Shown piece by piece: positions 52,465 to 62,454 of a stretch of DNA of 64,000 bases. The notes under the pieces were generated by a model. The model saw nothing but the letters and a program-made list of their open reading frames with translations. It did not search any database and was not told the DNA's origin. How positions within the stretch are numbered: position 1 is the first letter of the stretch; each line of letters begins with the position of its first letter. Source of the stretch: a virus (Duplodnaviria; Caudoviricetes); IMG/VR virus record IMGVR_UViG_3300032218_003260. One strand, 5' to 3'. The position numbers and the translations under genes are program-made.

Positions 52465-55347
52465 TCAGGTTCGCGGAATGATGGGGTAGTTACCGTTAAT
52501 GATCTTTGGCGTATTAGATTTGAATTCCGGCTCCTTGTACTCTGCCGCAAGGCCGGGCGCTTCGTTGCGCCTTTTATCGATATAGCCACCCTCGTTTTGC
52601 ACAATCTTCAAATCTTGCTCGACGTAGGCTGGTTCTGCGTTAAGCCACTTATCCCCCGGGAACGGGAACGTCTTTCCGCAAGCAGCAGCGTTTACGGGTC
52701 GCTCGGTCCACTTGTCGGGGCTCTTGCCGCCGATGCGCGCCATCTGCTGCCACCTGTCTTCGTAAAGCATAAAATCTGGGATCTTGTAGTCTTCGTCGCG
52801 GCGGAACGAGAATTCCAGAATCGTCATTACACGGTCGTTGCCGGCGCGCTTGTCTGTGTACCACAGCTGCTGAATTTTCTCGTTGTCAATTTGATCGCCA
52901 ATCGCCGGAATATCTACGTCAATCAGTGACTTAAATAATTCGACAGCGGCTCGGACCTGTGCTTGGCAATCGCCGTCGCACGGACCGACGAAGATTGCGC
53001 CGCGGGCGGCCATCTCGGTGAGGATGTGCCCTTTTGACACAAGCACGCTACCATCGCACAGTACGTTACCGTCGCAGAAGATATCGCCGTCTGTGCCGAT
53101 CGGGCCGCAGAGGCAGGTAAGCGTCTGTCGGAACAAGTTGGCCTTGTTCGTGCCGCCAATTTTCTGCCCGCCAAAGAAGTGATAAACTTCGCCGTCTTCT
53201 TTGAGGTAGTTGTAAAAATTAGTGGATTTTGTGATGATATCTTTACTGCCCTGCGCCGCGTCGAGCATGATGTCGCCGGGCTTGATGTTCCCGCCGCCCG
53301 TGCGCATGTAGATCTGATGCGCCAGCCCCACCACGTTGGAGTAAGGCGCGCGCGCAACAACACCGGCAAACTTGATCTGATCGCCGCACTGCTCGAAGTC
53401 ATATTCGATTGTTTTGCCACGCGACTCAAGCAAAATTCCGCCTTCTCGGTCGGACGTCTCGTTACCAGCAAACACTAGTACGTTACGCTCAGCTTTGATG
53501 CGCACGTTCTTTTCTGTGGCCGAAATGTCAACGGTTTTGTTGCCGCGGAGTATGACGTCGTTACCGCCCCACGCTTGAACGTCGCGGCCACCCTTAAGCC
53601 ATACGTCGCCCGGGGCTGAGATAATCACACACCCAGCCACCATGCGAATCTCGCCGCCGTACCCATCACCGATCACTACGCCGCCGTCTTCAAGCAGCGA
53701 GATATACGACTCCTGCTCGTAAAACTTTTGTTCGTTATAGCGGTGGTCGATTTTCCATTCTTTGGGTGTGGGTTCTTTGAGATACATCGAGCCTTTGAGC
53801 TGGTTGAACTCCGGGATCTTTTGATTAACGTCGGCGTAGCCTTCGCTTTTTAGATCCTGCTCTTCCCACGTCTTGTAATCCTTGGCGTGCCAGTAGAAAG
53901 GGTGCAAGCCGGCGTAGTTAAACAGGTAGCCGTGTAGATCGAGGACAGCCGTGGCGCGTTGCATATTCGGCCACTTGCTGTCGGTGGTTTTGATATCACC
54001 AGTGATTTTATGATCTGGGCCGCTGCCGTATTTACTGGCGGCTTTGTAATTGCGTTCTGCGTCATCACCTTCGCCAGACTCGGGTCTGCGGAGGCGTTGC
54101 GGCATGGGCAGTAGAATACGTTTAGATAACACAATGCCTTTGGACGACGTAATAAATCGGCGACCGTCTAGCGCGGTGTTATCTTCTTGTAAACCGTAAA
54201 CTGGCTTCTCTTCGTGATCCTTGTCTTTACTGCCGCCGCCACAATCGGGCGAGAATCCGTCCTTGCCGCGGATACTAGATTCATACGGTTTGATCGCCTC
54301 GCCTGCGTCCCCGGGTTTGTACGTCCAACGCATCACGCCTTTTGGCGGCGCGTGAGTAATAGTGCGCGAGCCCTGCCCTAGATAACCAAAGAATTTCTGT
54401 GTGCGGTGGTAGGGCTGCTGGAACTCGTTCTTGTTTTCCCAGTGCGAATAATACGGCACACCAAGCGGGCACTGATAATCTTTGGGCTGAAACTCCTGCA
54501 CCATCGGCAGCCCGGGCTCGATCATGCCGGCGGCTTCCCACGGATACGGCGAGTACCCGGTGCTGTCGTTGCACTCCGCCTGATCCATGTAAGCGTCGCG
54601 CTCGCTGCCGGCCGTCCAGACCTGCATGTTGTAACCAGCTACGCGCAGCATCTGGTCGTGATAGAACCCATAGATGCCGCAGAACTCGTTAACAGAGGCG
54701 CGCAGCATGAAGTCGTCAACAGAGATGCCGATGCCCGTGGTGGACACTGCGCCCCACTCACTCGCGAGTGTCGCGTCCCACGGGCGCCAACACGACCAGT
54801 CGACCATCTGGCCGTTCAGCTTCTCTTTAATGTACTTCTTGTGGCAATCGTCCACCCGCTTGCGAGTAGCCTGCGAGATGTAGTCGTGGTAGGCGCGCTT
54901 TCCGATATCTAAAACGCTGGGCACACACCCGACAATATATGCCTGCCCCAACCGGTCGTGAATCATGACGACAACAGGGGTGCCGGGCGCGTACGTGTTA
55001 ATAGCAGACGCGCCGAAACACACCTGACTTGTCGTAGACAGCGCGGACGCAATAATCGGCGCCCGGGACTTTTCGACAAACACCTTGTAGCAATTAGCGA
55101 TTGCCGTGCCGTCGACAATCAGCCCTGTACACAGGCGGCCGGTATCCTGAAAGCCGGCCTTGTAGCCGTGCAGCTTAGAGAAGGGGTCAGCTACCGCCTG
55201 CACCTGCGAGCCATAAGCGGCTGTTCCGGTGCGAGTAGCTAACTGTTTTTGCGCAACAAGCCGGGCAGCAGACGCAAGATCGTAGGAGTGTTGTTGCCCA
55301 GTTTGTGGTGTATTACTGACCGGTTTACCCGGCGGGGTAACGCCCAT
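52465..55347 (-). CDS. Baseplate central spike (gp5/VgrG-like)
   Basis: N-terminal OB-fold-like YAPGTPVVV...AYIVGCVP; beta-helix-like S.ISLLEDGGVVI.DG.G.EIRM..G...ISAPGDVWL.GGRDV. Confidence 0.6.
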   Translation of the reverse strand: MGVTPPGKPVSNTPQTGQQHSYDLASAARLVAQKQLATRTGTAAYGSQVQAVADPFSKLHGYKAGFQDTGRLCTGLIVDGTAIANCYKVFVEKSRAPIIASALSTTSQVCFGASAINTYAPGTPVVVMIHDRLGQAYIVGCVPSVLDIGKRAYHDYISQATRKRVDDCHKKYIKEKLNGQMVDWSCWRPWDATLASEWGAVSTTGIGISVDDFMLRASVNEFCGIYGFYHDQMLRVAGYNMQVWTAGSERDAYMDQAECNDSTGYSPYPWEAAGMIEPGLPMVQEFQPKDYQCPLGVPYYSHWENKNEFQQPYHRTQKFFGYLGQGSRTITHAPPKGVMRWTYKPGDAGEAIKPYESSIRGKDGFSPDCGGGSKDKDHEEKPVYGLQEDNTALDGRRFITSSKGIVLSKRILLPMPQRLRRPESGEGDDAERNYKAASKYGSGPDHKITGDIKTTDSKWPNMQRATAVLDLHGYLFNYAGLHPFYWHAKDYKTWEEQDLKSEGYADVNQKIPEFNQLKGSMYLKEPTPKEWKIDHRYNEQKFYEQESYISLLEDGGVVIGDGYGGEIRMVAGCVIISAPGDVWLKGGRDVQAWGGNDVILRGNKTVDISATEKNVRIKAERNVLVFAGNETSDREGGILLESRGKTIEYDFEQCGDQIKFAGVVARAPYSNVVGLAHQIYMRTGGGNIKPGDIMLDAAQGSKDIITKSTNFYNYLKEDGEVYHFFGGQKIGGTNKANLFRQTLTCLCGPIGTDGDIFCDGNVLCDGSVLVSKGHILTEMAARGAIFVGPCDGDCQAQVRAAVELFKSLIDVDIPAIGDQIDNEKIQQLWYTDKRAGNDRVMTILEFSFRRDEDYKIPDFMLYEDRWQQMARIGGKSPDKWTERPVNAAACGKTFPFPGDKWLNAEPAYVEQDLKIVQNEGGYIDKRRNEAPGLAAEYKEPEFKSNTPKIINGNYPIIPRT

Positions 55348-55410
55348 TTTTATGCCACCAAATAGGTGTGGTTACGGGCATTACGCCCAAGGCTTTACAG
55401 CCTAATACCA

Positions 55411-55445
55411 TAAGCGGCGGCTGCGTTTTGCGCAACCGCCGCTTA
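55411..55445 (-). terminator. 15-bp hairpin after the tube gene
   Basis: Minus TAAGCGGCGGTTGCG-CAAAA-CGCAGCCGCCGCTTA; weak U tract. Confidence 0.6.
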
Positions 55446-55472
55446 CTTAATTGCCTATATTACCGACTAAGA

Positions 55473-55916
55473 TCACTCGTCTTCAAGATCTGAGAAGATG
55501 AAGCCGAGATTTTCAGTCAGCACGATTTCCTGCGCCGTGATGCTCGCGCCCATTGACGTGAGCGTGGCGTCAAGCATCGTATATGTTCGCTGTGCTTGTT
55601 TACACTTGTCGGGGCCGTTTCCGGTCGCTTTTAGCACGAGGGTATCGGGCTTACACATGTTACCGAACTTGGTGATGAGTTCGCGCATTTTGGAATTTCC
55701 ACCAACAACGCGGCTCATCTGGCACTGACCCTGCCGACGGTTGCCGACATAGTACACGTTATTCGACCCAATCTCGTACAGCATGTTCACGGTGCGGTTG
55801 CACGTGAATTGAACTTGCTGCACCAGCACCGCCTTATCCCCGCCGAGCATAAGCTCTAAGTCTTCCGCGCGGAACGAGCCGACGTGTGCTTGTTTATTTC
55901 CGAAACTAGCTGGCAT
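55473..55916 (-). CDS. Tail tube protein
   Basis: 147 aa directly after the sheath; LVQQVQF...R.V..LYEIGS..VYYV. Confidence 0.8.
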   Translation of the reverse strand: MPASFGNKQAHVGSFRAEDLELMLGGDKAVLVQQVQFTCNRTVNMLYEIGSNNVYYVGNRRQGQCQMSRVVGGNSKMRELITKFGNMCKPDTLVLKATGNGPDKCKQAQRTYTMLDATLTSMGASITAQEIVLTENLGFIFSDLEDE

Positions 55917-55967
55917 AGCTCACCTTAACCTTTGTTGTTGGTATGTACTTTAACTTTGGTCAATTAC

Positions 55968-58900
55968 TCAGACAACTAGGTGCAGCTCAATGTTATTGAG
56001 CGGCGCCGGAACAACAAGATCGAGCACGATTTCGATGCGGTCCTTGAGCAAAGGATGAATCTGCAGGGTCCGAATCGCGCCCGAAATCAGCTGCGAGCCG
56101 AGTTCTTGCGTGTTGCCGTTAGTTGAGAGGAAGTTAATCACACTCTTCACTTGGTACTCAAGAACCGAAATCATACCCGGCTGCGCATTCGTGCGGCCGA
56201 TGTACGGGCGCAGACGGCGGTAGAACAGGTACGACATGCTATCAACGTTACGCCGGATCATCTCTTCGCGACGGTTCAGATCAAGGTTGTCGGTCGTGAG
56301 CGCGTGCCGCGTGTGCGGGGTGCCGTCACGATCTTCAGTCACAATCCAGACGCCAGCTTCAGCCATACGGTTCAACTGCGTTTCGTTGAGGTACTTGTAG
56401 GACCGCGAGAAGTCGTCGAAACCGGCGACCTCGACGTTTGTCAGCGGCTGGTGGGGCACCACGCCGCTCACGAGACCCGCGAGGGCCGCCGCGAGGTAGT
56501 AACCGGGCTGAATCGTACCGGCTTCGCCGACCTGATCAGGCCACACGGCGCACACCCGGCGATTCGATAGCGAACCACCCTGCTGCGCAATGTCTTCAAC
56601 AATTTCGTTGCGGTTGCGGTTGTGCCAGACTTCGACGCTTTGCGGAACTGTGACCGCGGCGTCAGCGCCAGAGTACAACAGCAGGGTCGATTCCGAGATA
56701 ACCTGATCCACAACATACTCTTCGTACTGCTCTTCGCCGAAACCGTCGACGGAGTAGTTATAGCGAACGATGTCGCCGGGGCGCACGTCATTCGTGATAA
56801 AGTAGCCGTTGCCCGACGTAACAGTGAGCCGCGTGTACTGCGTGTTAGTGGCGTTCGGATCGTCGGCCAGCGTGGCGAGAACCGGTTCAGTTACCGTCTC
56901 ACCAAGCACACCTTCAATGTTTACGCCTTCACCAACAACCTTTACAGTCGGCACCGCCTTGAGGGCGAAGAAGCCGGCCTTCCAGTTGTTCGCGTACTCG
57001 TTCGACTCGCCGCCGATGTGCGCAGCCCACAGGTTTTGCACCCGGCGGTCAAACGTCATCGGAACAAGGTTATACAGATCGTCGCGACCCTTCAGCCGTT
57101 CCAGCACCTGTACCCACTTGTCGAGGTCGTTACCGAGCGAACGACCCTCTTCGTCGTACTTCTCGGGATCGGCCACGGCGGTGTACTTCACCACAGTACC
57201 GTTGCTGTTGGAGAGCGCCTTGTAAACGCCCCACTTCAGCGGGTTATCGGGGTCGAGCTGGCCTTTGATGTTGTCGAGGTCAGCGACGTCGCTGATCGAG
57301 TTGACCTGATCGGCCAGCTCAGACAGCCACTCGCGATACTCAACATACACCTTGCCGGACATAACCGGCAGCGGCTGTTCGGCGCCGGCGCTTGTCCACT
57401 CGGGGTGGTAGGCGACGATGCCTTCCTGCACGCAGATCTGGGTGTCTTCGTACCAGAAGTTGGTCATCGGGGCGTATCCGATCCGATTCTTTGAGATCTG
57501 GATATCGTCCTTGATGAACAGTTTAAGGTCCATGTCTTCGCCGCTGATCAGCTGGCAAGTTGCTGTGGCCGTAGCGCCTACCGTAGAAGCCGCCGCCGGT
57601 AGATCCGGCGAAGCCATCATCGGGGAGACGCCAGCGTTGTTGGGCATCGTGATTGTCGGGGCCGATGTATAACCAGCACCACGATCCGTCACAACGATGC
57701 CAACAACCTTGTCGCTGTTTTCGCCGACAACTGTTCCAAGAACGGCGTAACCCGTAGCAGTCCGGGCCTGCACGAGATTACCCGTGGGAGCCGAGAACGT
57801 CACTGTGGGAGCGGCGCTGTAACCAGAACCGCCATTAGTGATGCTGACCGGACCCACCTTGTCGACTGGAGCGCCGTCCTGCGTCAGCAACGAGGTCGGG
57901 AGGTCGTCGCGCAGGATGAGCTTGCGCACCGGGCCGGCCTTGCTAGAGTTCACAGTGATGTACCACTTGTCGCCCTTACGCAGGCCAGCAACAGCGTAGT
58001 TGTCTTCTTGGTCAGCAGCGCCAATGAAACGAACTTTTACGCCGTTTGTGCCGATGGCCACGGAAACGGCGTTACCGCCGGCGCCGTCGCCAGTTACTTC
58101 GGTCGGACCGGAGAAATCTAGACCCTTGACGGTGCGCACGGTGATCTCAGGAAGCTGAGCCCATGTGCCGCCCTTGGTGCATTCAACAACGTACGTGTCG
58201 TTCTTGGCGCCGGCATACTTGCCGAGAATGTCAAGATCGGTGGCGACGCCGTTAAGCGATTCTTCCGTCTGGTAGACGCCGTCAGCGTCCGACACCGCCT
58301 TAACCTTTTCATAGGTTTGGTGGAGGTCGAACTTCCACTTCTGACCAACGACAAAGTTGTCGTTACCAGTTGTGGTGAAACGAACCGACAAGCCACGGGT
58401 GCCGACGAACGTCACGCCGTCAGCGTCGTCAAAGTCGTTCGGCTGGATTTCAGCCTGATCGTCGGTGCCGCTGGCCGAAGTGACGCGCAGACGGGCAGCA
58501 TTGCAACCCGAAATCGTGCTCTTGATAACTTCGACAACGTATTCCTCTTCGACGTAGCCGGCGACGAGGCCGTCGTAATCGTTGGCGCCTTCATCGTCAG
58601 CGGTGAGCACCGTAACAGCCACGGCGTTATCAACGCCTTCGATCTGCGTGACAGTTACGTCAACGCCGTTCGGGTTGGTGGCTGTGTAGCTGTCCTGATT
58701 GTTAACGTCAGCGACGGCCGGCAGAATGCGCGACGGAACAAGATCGCTGGCGAAGCCCGTGACGTATGTCTCAAGCACGGTCTCAAGGCAGTCGTTGTCC
58801 GTGCTCACAGTGCGGAGCTGAACAACGTCGCCAAGCTGCACGTCGCGATCGAGGAACGCACTCGAACGCGGGTAGGCAGCTCCGTTCGACTTGAACGAAA

Positions 58901-59246
58901 GCGTGCTGGACTGAATCCAGTTGGTCTTGCCGGGCACGGCGGTGATCGTCGTGTCGCTTTCACCCATGTTGTGGGTGTAGTACTGCAGCATGGCGTCGTC
59001 GACGTAGACCTTAACGTAAGGCAGGTCGACCACCGAGCCGGGCTTGCGCTGCGGCCACGAGTAGCACGTGTCGTTAAGACGATCGTATTGGCCGAGAAGC
59101 GCGTGTTGCTTCTCGTCTGTGTTGCTGTAGCGGTGAAGGATAGCGTGCGGACCAGCGATGTGGGCGCGCAGCGGTTCCGTGATCTCCGTGGGGACGATAC
59201 GGAACTCTTGGAAAACGAGTACTTGTGGTTTTACGTAGCTCGACAT
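55968..59246 (-). CDS. Contractile tail sheath protein
   Basis: C-terminal L...QLNRMAE.GVWIV...TRH.LTT...E..I.RNVD....I..VL..VVPAPLNNIELHL; GGAGG RBS. Confidence 0.88.
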   Translation of the reverse strand: MSSYVKPQVLVFQEFRIVPTEITEPLRAHIAGPHAILHRYSNTDEKQHALLGQYDRLNDTCYSWPQRKPGSVVDLPYVKVYVDDAMLQYYTHNMGESDTTITAVPGKTNWIQSSTLSFKSNGAAYPRSSAFLDRDVQLGDVVQLRTVSTDNDCLETVLETYVTGFASDLVPSRILPAVADVNNQDSYTATNPNGVDVTVTQIEGVDNAVAVTVLTADDEGANDYDGLVAGYVEEEYVVEVIKSTISGCNAARLRVTSASGTDDQAEIQPNDFDDADGVTFVGTRGLSVRFTTTGNDNFVVGQKWKFDLHQTYEKVKAVSDADGVYQTEESLNGVATDLDILGKYAGAKNDTYVVECTKGGTWAQLPEITVRTVKGLDFSGPTEVTGDGAGGNAVSVAIGTNGVKVRFIGAADQEDNYAVAGLRKGDKWYITVNSSKAGPVRKLILRDDLPTSLLTQDGAPVDKVGPVSITNGGSGYSAAPTVTFSAPTGNLVQARTATGYAVLGTVVGENSDKVVGIVVTDRGAGYTSAPTITMPNNAGVSPMMASPDLPAAASTVGATATATCQLISGEDMDLKLFIKDDIQISKNRIGYAPMTNFWYEDTQICVQEGIVAYHPEWTSAGAEQPLPVMSGKVYVEYREWLSELADQVNSISDVADLDNIKGQLDPDNPLKWGVYKALSNSNGTVVKYTAVADPEKYDEEGRSLGNDLDKWVQVLERLKGRDDLYNLVPMTFDRRVQNLWAAHIGGESNEYANNWKAGFFALKAVPTVKVVGEGVNIEGVLGETVTEPVLATLADDPNATNTQYTRLTVTSGNGYFITNDVRPGDIVRYNYSVDGFGEEQYEEYVVDQVISESTLLLYSGADAAVTVPQSVEVWHNRNRNEIVEDIAQQGGSLSNRRVCAVWPDQVGEAGTIQPGYYLAAALAGLVSGVVPHQPLTNVEVAGFDDFSRSYKYLNETQLNRMAEAGVWIVTEDRDGTPHTRHALTTDNLDLNRREEMIRRNVDSMSYLFYRRLRPYIGRTNAQPGMISVLEYQVKSVINFLSTNGNTQELGSQLISGAIRTLQIHPLLKDRIEIVLDLVVPAPLNNIELHLVV

Positions 59247-59253
59247 ACGTCTC

Positions 59254-59265
59254 GGCCTCCGTGCC
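59254..59265 (-). promoter_or_regulatory. CsrA-type hairpin enclosing the sheath RBS
   Basis: Minus GGC-ACGGAG-GCC, fits CANGGANG, 7 nt upstream of the ATG. Confidence 0.5.
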
Positions 59266-59351
59266 TAAAATTTACGTGTGTGCGGTAGGGCGTTCAGGTC
59301 GTAGTATACACAACTACGGGTTTGCAAAAAAAACACCCTATTTGAAAATTC

Positions 59352-60062
59352 TTAACAAGACAGTAAATCCGATGCCTTGAAGACAATCCGCTTTAGGCGC
59401 GGCGCATACGGCTGGAGCGACCAAGCTTCCTCGGCTATGTATGCAACAGTCACGGGGACGGCATATCCCTGAGCGACTTCTTGAACTTCTCCTATGCCGC
59501 CAACCTCGGCGACGTAAAAACGGAACAAATCCATCTGCTCGCGAATCAGCGGCGAAAAGTTGATTAAAAACTTCAACACTTCTGTCGCGAGAAATTCGGT
59601 TTCTGCACCGGCAGAACTAAGGCAGTATAGCGTGTGGCTGCCTTCCCACATTCCGGCGTAACTTACTTCTCCAGTATAGAGGTTGGCGCCTGCAATGTCA
59701 CCAATAGTTTGTTTTTGCCAGCGCCAACTATTTCGTTTAATTAGAACGGCCGGTCGTTTGTCGGCCGTATTAGGCGACCAACGGGTAATACTTTCTATCA
59801 AAATGCCGCCCTTGTTGTCGCCGGCGTCGGATGGGCGCCAAGCGCCTAAAGTTTCAACGTGGCGGCGAATACGCGGTTCTTCAATATTTTCGGGGTCGGC
59901 AAAGTGCCCCATTAACAGCTGCCGCAGCAACCCGGTCATAACGTGCGGCCGCATTCCGTACGAGCACAGCGCGCTAACTTTGTCGACGCGGTTTTCCGGT
60001 TTACTGCCAGCCGGAAACTGCGCTTCAACTTCCGGCAGATTCGGATCGTCGCATGTGCTCAC
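59352..60062 (-). CDS. Tail terminator / completion protein
   Basis: Position between neck and sheath; RPAVLIKR, GS.TL.C and TV.Y..EE.W motifs. Confidence 0.5.
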   Translation of the reverse strand: MSTCDDPNLPEVEAQFPAGSKPENRVDKVSALCSYGMRPHVMTGLLRQLLMGHFADPENIEEPRIRRHVETLGAWRPSDAGDNKGGILIESITRWSPNTADKRPAVLIKRNSWRWQKQTIGDIAGANLYTGEVSYAGMWEGSHTLYCLSSAGAETEFLATEVLKFLINFSPLIREQMDLFRFYVAEVGGIGEVQEVAQGYAVPVTVAYIAEEAWSLQPYAPRLKRIVFKASDLLSC

Positions 60063-60177
60063 GGTCGCTGCCCTTTAGTTTTTGGTCGTAGAACTTGATG
60101 GGTTCAAACAAACTGATTTTCTTGGGTGTTATCCGAATTTTATCGAGTTTCGGTTCGGCGGGGTTTTTGTTGGCCAT
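60025..60177 (-). CDS. Unannotated 50-aa small ORF (MANKNPAEPKLDKIRITPKK...)
   Basis: TAATG coupling to the stop of 60177..61409; fills a 115-nt gap; below the ORF-track threshold. Confidence 0.45.
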   Translation of the reverse strand: MANKNPAEPKLDKIRITPKKISLFEPIKFYDQKLKGSDREHMRRSESAGS

Positions 60178-61409
60178 TAGATATCCCAAAAATTGTCTTT
60201 GGTGTTTGGCGGCGTTTCGACAACACGTGTAGCTACCGGCGCTGGCGCGGCGGTAATTTGTTGCGGTGCGTTGGTATTTACAACAGTAACAAAGTCAACG
60301 TCCGGCCCGTATTCACCCAACTTGCTGTATACAATAGCATACTCGCCGGGGTCTAGCGCGATTGACTGCGCCCAACGCCCATTTGCTGTTGTCGATGTTA
60401 CACCGAGCGCTAGATTTTCTGGCGTTTCAAAGCCGCTAACGTCAAACACGCTTCTAGCGTAGATATAAATAGCCGCGCCGTGAATCGGACACCCGTTTTC
60501 GGTTTTGTAAACAAATCGGTCAAGGCTGCCATAGTTTTGATCTACCGGCACAGAACCACAGCCATCCACCGGCAACGTGGGTCCGACACGTTCCGCTGGC
60601 TCGCCGCCGACTTCGATAGCGTACGCTGTATTGCTGAACGGCAACAGACCCATTTGAATTTGATAAATAATCGGGACGTTGCGAATAGCGGCTTCAATTT
60701 TGATGGTCTCTACTAACCACCGCTCGTCGCTAGAGCCGTTGACCCATATATCGCTTTTGTTAATTGCCGGAAATCCAATAACGCGCGCCGTGATGTAGGG
60801 GTTTTGACGCGTCATACCTTTAAGTTGCGAGTCAACGTCTTCTTGAATTGTCTGTGTTGATAGATCCCAGCACTGTAGCGATAGCGGCGGATGATAACCC
60901 ACTTCAAAGCCAGTGCCGTTGCAGACCGGGCAATCAGAATCCAGTACTTCTTGCGTCAGCTGATCTCGGCACCGTCTGCAAGCCTTCCCAAACCGAAACG
61001 GCTTTAACAGATAACCCGGCACCGCGACGTATTTAAAACGCAGCTGTTCTTTACGAATGATCTCGCGCGCAATCAACCAGTCTTTTTCGGGGAGGTCGCC
61101 GTAGCAGTTGGCTGCCTGCGAAACGTAAACACTGGTCGGTGTGGTCAGTACGACGCGATAATGGTCGAGCAAGTCGTAGCCGGCTTCGCGCCACGCCGGG
61201 TCAGATGCCGTGTAGCCGTTTACTACCGGCGGCCCAACGTTTACCCAGTCAGTAGCGTCTCGTAAGCCGGTCTTGCCCAGCTGCAGTTGAAAAACGTATG
61301 GCCCGGGCTCGTTAAACGTTCGCTCTAACTGCCACCAAACACGAGTCGTGCCGCGGACCATATGGTCTACGGACACGCGGCGGAACGGAAAGATGCGCGA
61401 CTGTGGCAT
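60177..61409 (-). CDS. Neck / head-closure protein with zinc finger
   Basis: CRRC...CPVCNGTGF..GY; D.WV...SDERW.V..I; beta-rich C-terminal extension. Confidence 0.55.
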   Translation of the reverse strand: MPQSRIFPFRRVSVDHMVRGTTRVWWQLERTFNEPGPYVFQLQLGKTGLRDATDWVNVGPPVVNGYTASDPAWREAGYDLLDHYRVVLTTPTSVYVSQAANCYGDLPEKDWLIAREIIRKEQLRFKYVAVPGYLLKPFRFGKACRRCRDQLTQEVLDSDCPVCNGTGFEVGYHPPLSLQCWDLSTQTIQEDVDSQLKGMTRQNPYITARVIGFPAINKSDIWVNGSSDERWLVETIKIEAAIRNVPIIYQIQMGLLPFSNTAYAIEVGGEPAERVGPTLPVDGCGSVPVDQNYGSLDRFVYKTENGCPIHGAAIYIYARSVFDVSGFETPENLALGVTSTTANGRWAQSIALDPGEYAIVYSKLGEYGPDVDFVTVVNTNAPQQITAAPAPVATRVVETPPNTKDNFWDI

Positions 61410-61461
61410 TGAGCTTTTGAGCGGTTAAGCCTAAAAAACTTGTGTAATTCCCAACATATTA

Positions 61462-62454
61462 TCAATACCGGATACGTATCGCGTCTGTGTAGGCCGAGTA
61501 CTTGTACGTCGAAGAAACCTCGCCGTAGCCGCCCTCCAGATTGATACTGGCTTTTGTCGCGCGCACCCATTCCCGGTAAGCCTGCCACCGCGCCTGCCCG
61601 GCTCGTTCGTAGCTGGCTTCTTTATTCTGGTCGTTTACTGACAACCCGGCCGCCGAGTAATCAAATTGGTTACGGCGAAATTGCTCGGCAACCATCATGA
61701 ACAGGTTGGCGCATATCCCCTCCAACCAATGATATCTAAACGGGAAAGACTGTGTGTTGTATACCGCGTCGATGGGCGGCGGAACTTCATTCCAGTACAT
61801 CACCGGACGCGCAATCGCCAGCGCAATCTCGGCGTCATCAAACATCAGGTTGTCGAGCAAGAAACTTTCGCCGGGCGCAGAGTCGCGCAGGTGTAACCGG
61901 ATCTCAGCGATGCTCGGCGGCCCACCCGGCTGATTAACGCTAGAAAACGTACTGCGCGCGATCACCACAGAAAACGTATTAGAGAAGATCACGCAGGGTT
62001 GGTTGTTGGTCTGGGCCGGAATGCTGACCAGCGCCATCTCACCGTAATACACGCCCGGCACGCTCGTGGCGTTGCTAGACAATGCTACGGCTACCTTGCC
62101 AATTTCCGGCGCGACGATAGTAGCCTGTACTTCGACGGGCGGGTTTTGGTTGCCCAGCGACAGCTGCTCTTTCAGGCGCAGAACTACTTTGAAATCCTGC
62201 TCATTCGTGCAGGCAGTTAAACTAACAGGTCGGCCCTCGCGGTCGTGCATTGTCCACTCAATCGTGGCGCACTGGCCCTGCGTCAGCGTAATGGCGCGCA
62301 TGCGCGTTAAAATAGGCTGTCCGTTAACACCGGAGATCGGCGCGCTAACGATGTTCTGGCCGACGCACGGCACGGGTGTAATAGCTTGGCCGTTTGTGCT
62401 GCCGTTGCAACACGGCACAATGGGGTGTTCAGCTGGTGTGGCGATGACGACCAT
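61462..62454 (-). CDS. Head-tail adaptor with an N-terminal Ig-like (BppU-like) domain
   Basis: QGQCATIEW.M.D...PV.L domain, then EIRLHLRDS...N.L.F.D.EI..AI...V.YWN. Confidence 0.6.
   Translation of the reverse strand: MVVIATPAEHPIVPCCNGSTNGQAITPVPCVGQNIVSAPISGVNGQPILTRMRAITLTQGQCATIEWTMHDREGRPVSLTACTNEQDFKVVLRLKEQLSLGNQNPPVEVQATIVAPEIGKVAVALSSNATSVPGVYYGEMALVSIPAQTNNQPCVIFSNTFSVVIARSTFSSVNQPGGPPSIAEIRLHLRDSAPGESFLLDNLMFDDAEIALAIARPVMYWNEVPPPIDAVYNTQSFPFRYHWLEGICANLFMMVAEQFRRNQFDYSAAGLSVNDQNKEASYERAGQARWQAYREWVRATKASINLEGGYGEVSSTYKYSAYTDAIRIRY

Noticed and set aside
56622-59288. 290-aa and 323-aa plus-strand ORFs
   Set aside because: Antisense shadows of the strongly codon-biased sheath gene.
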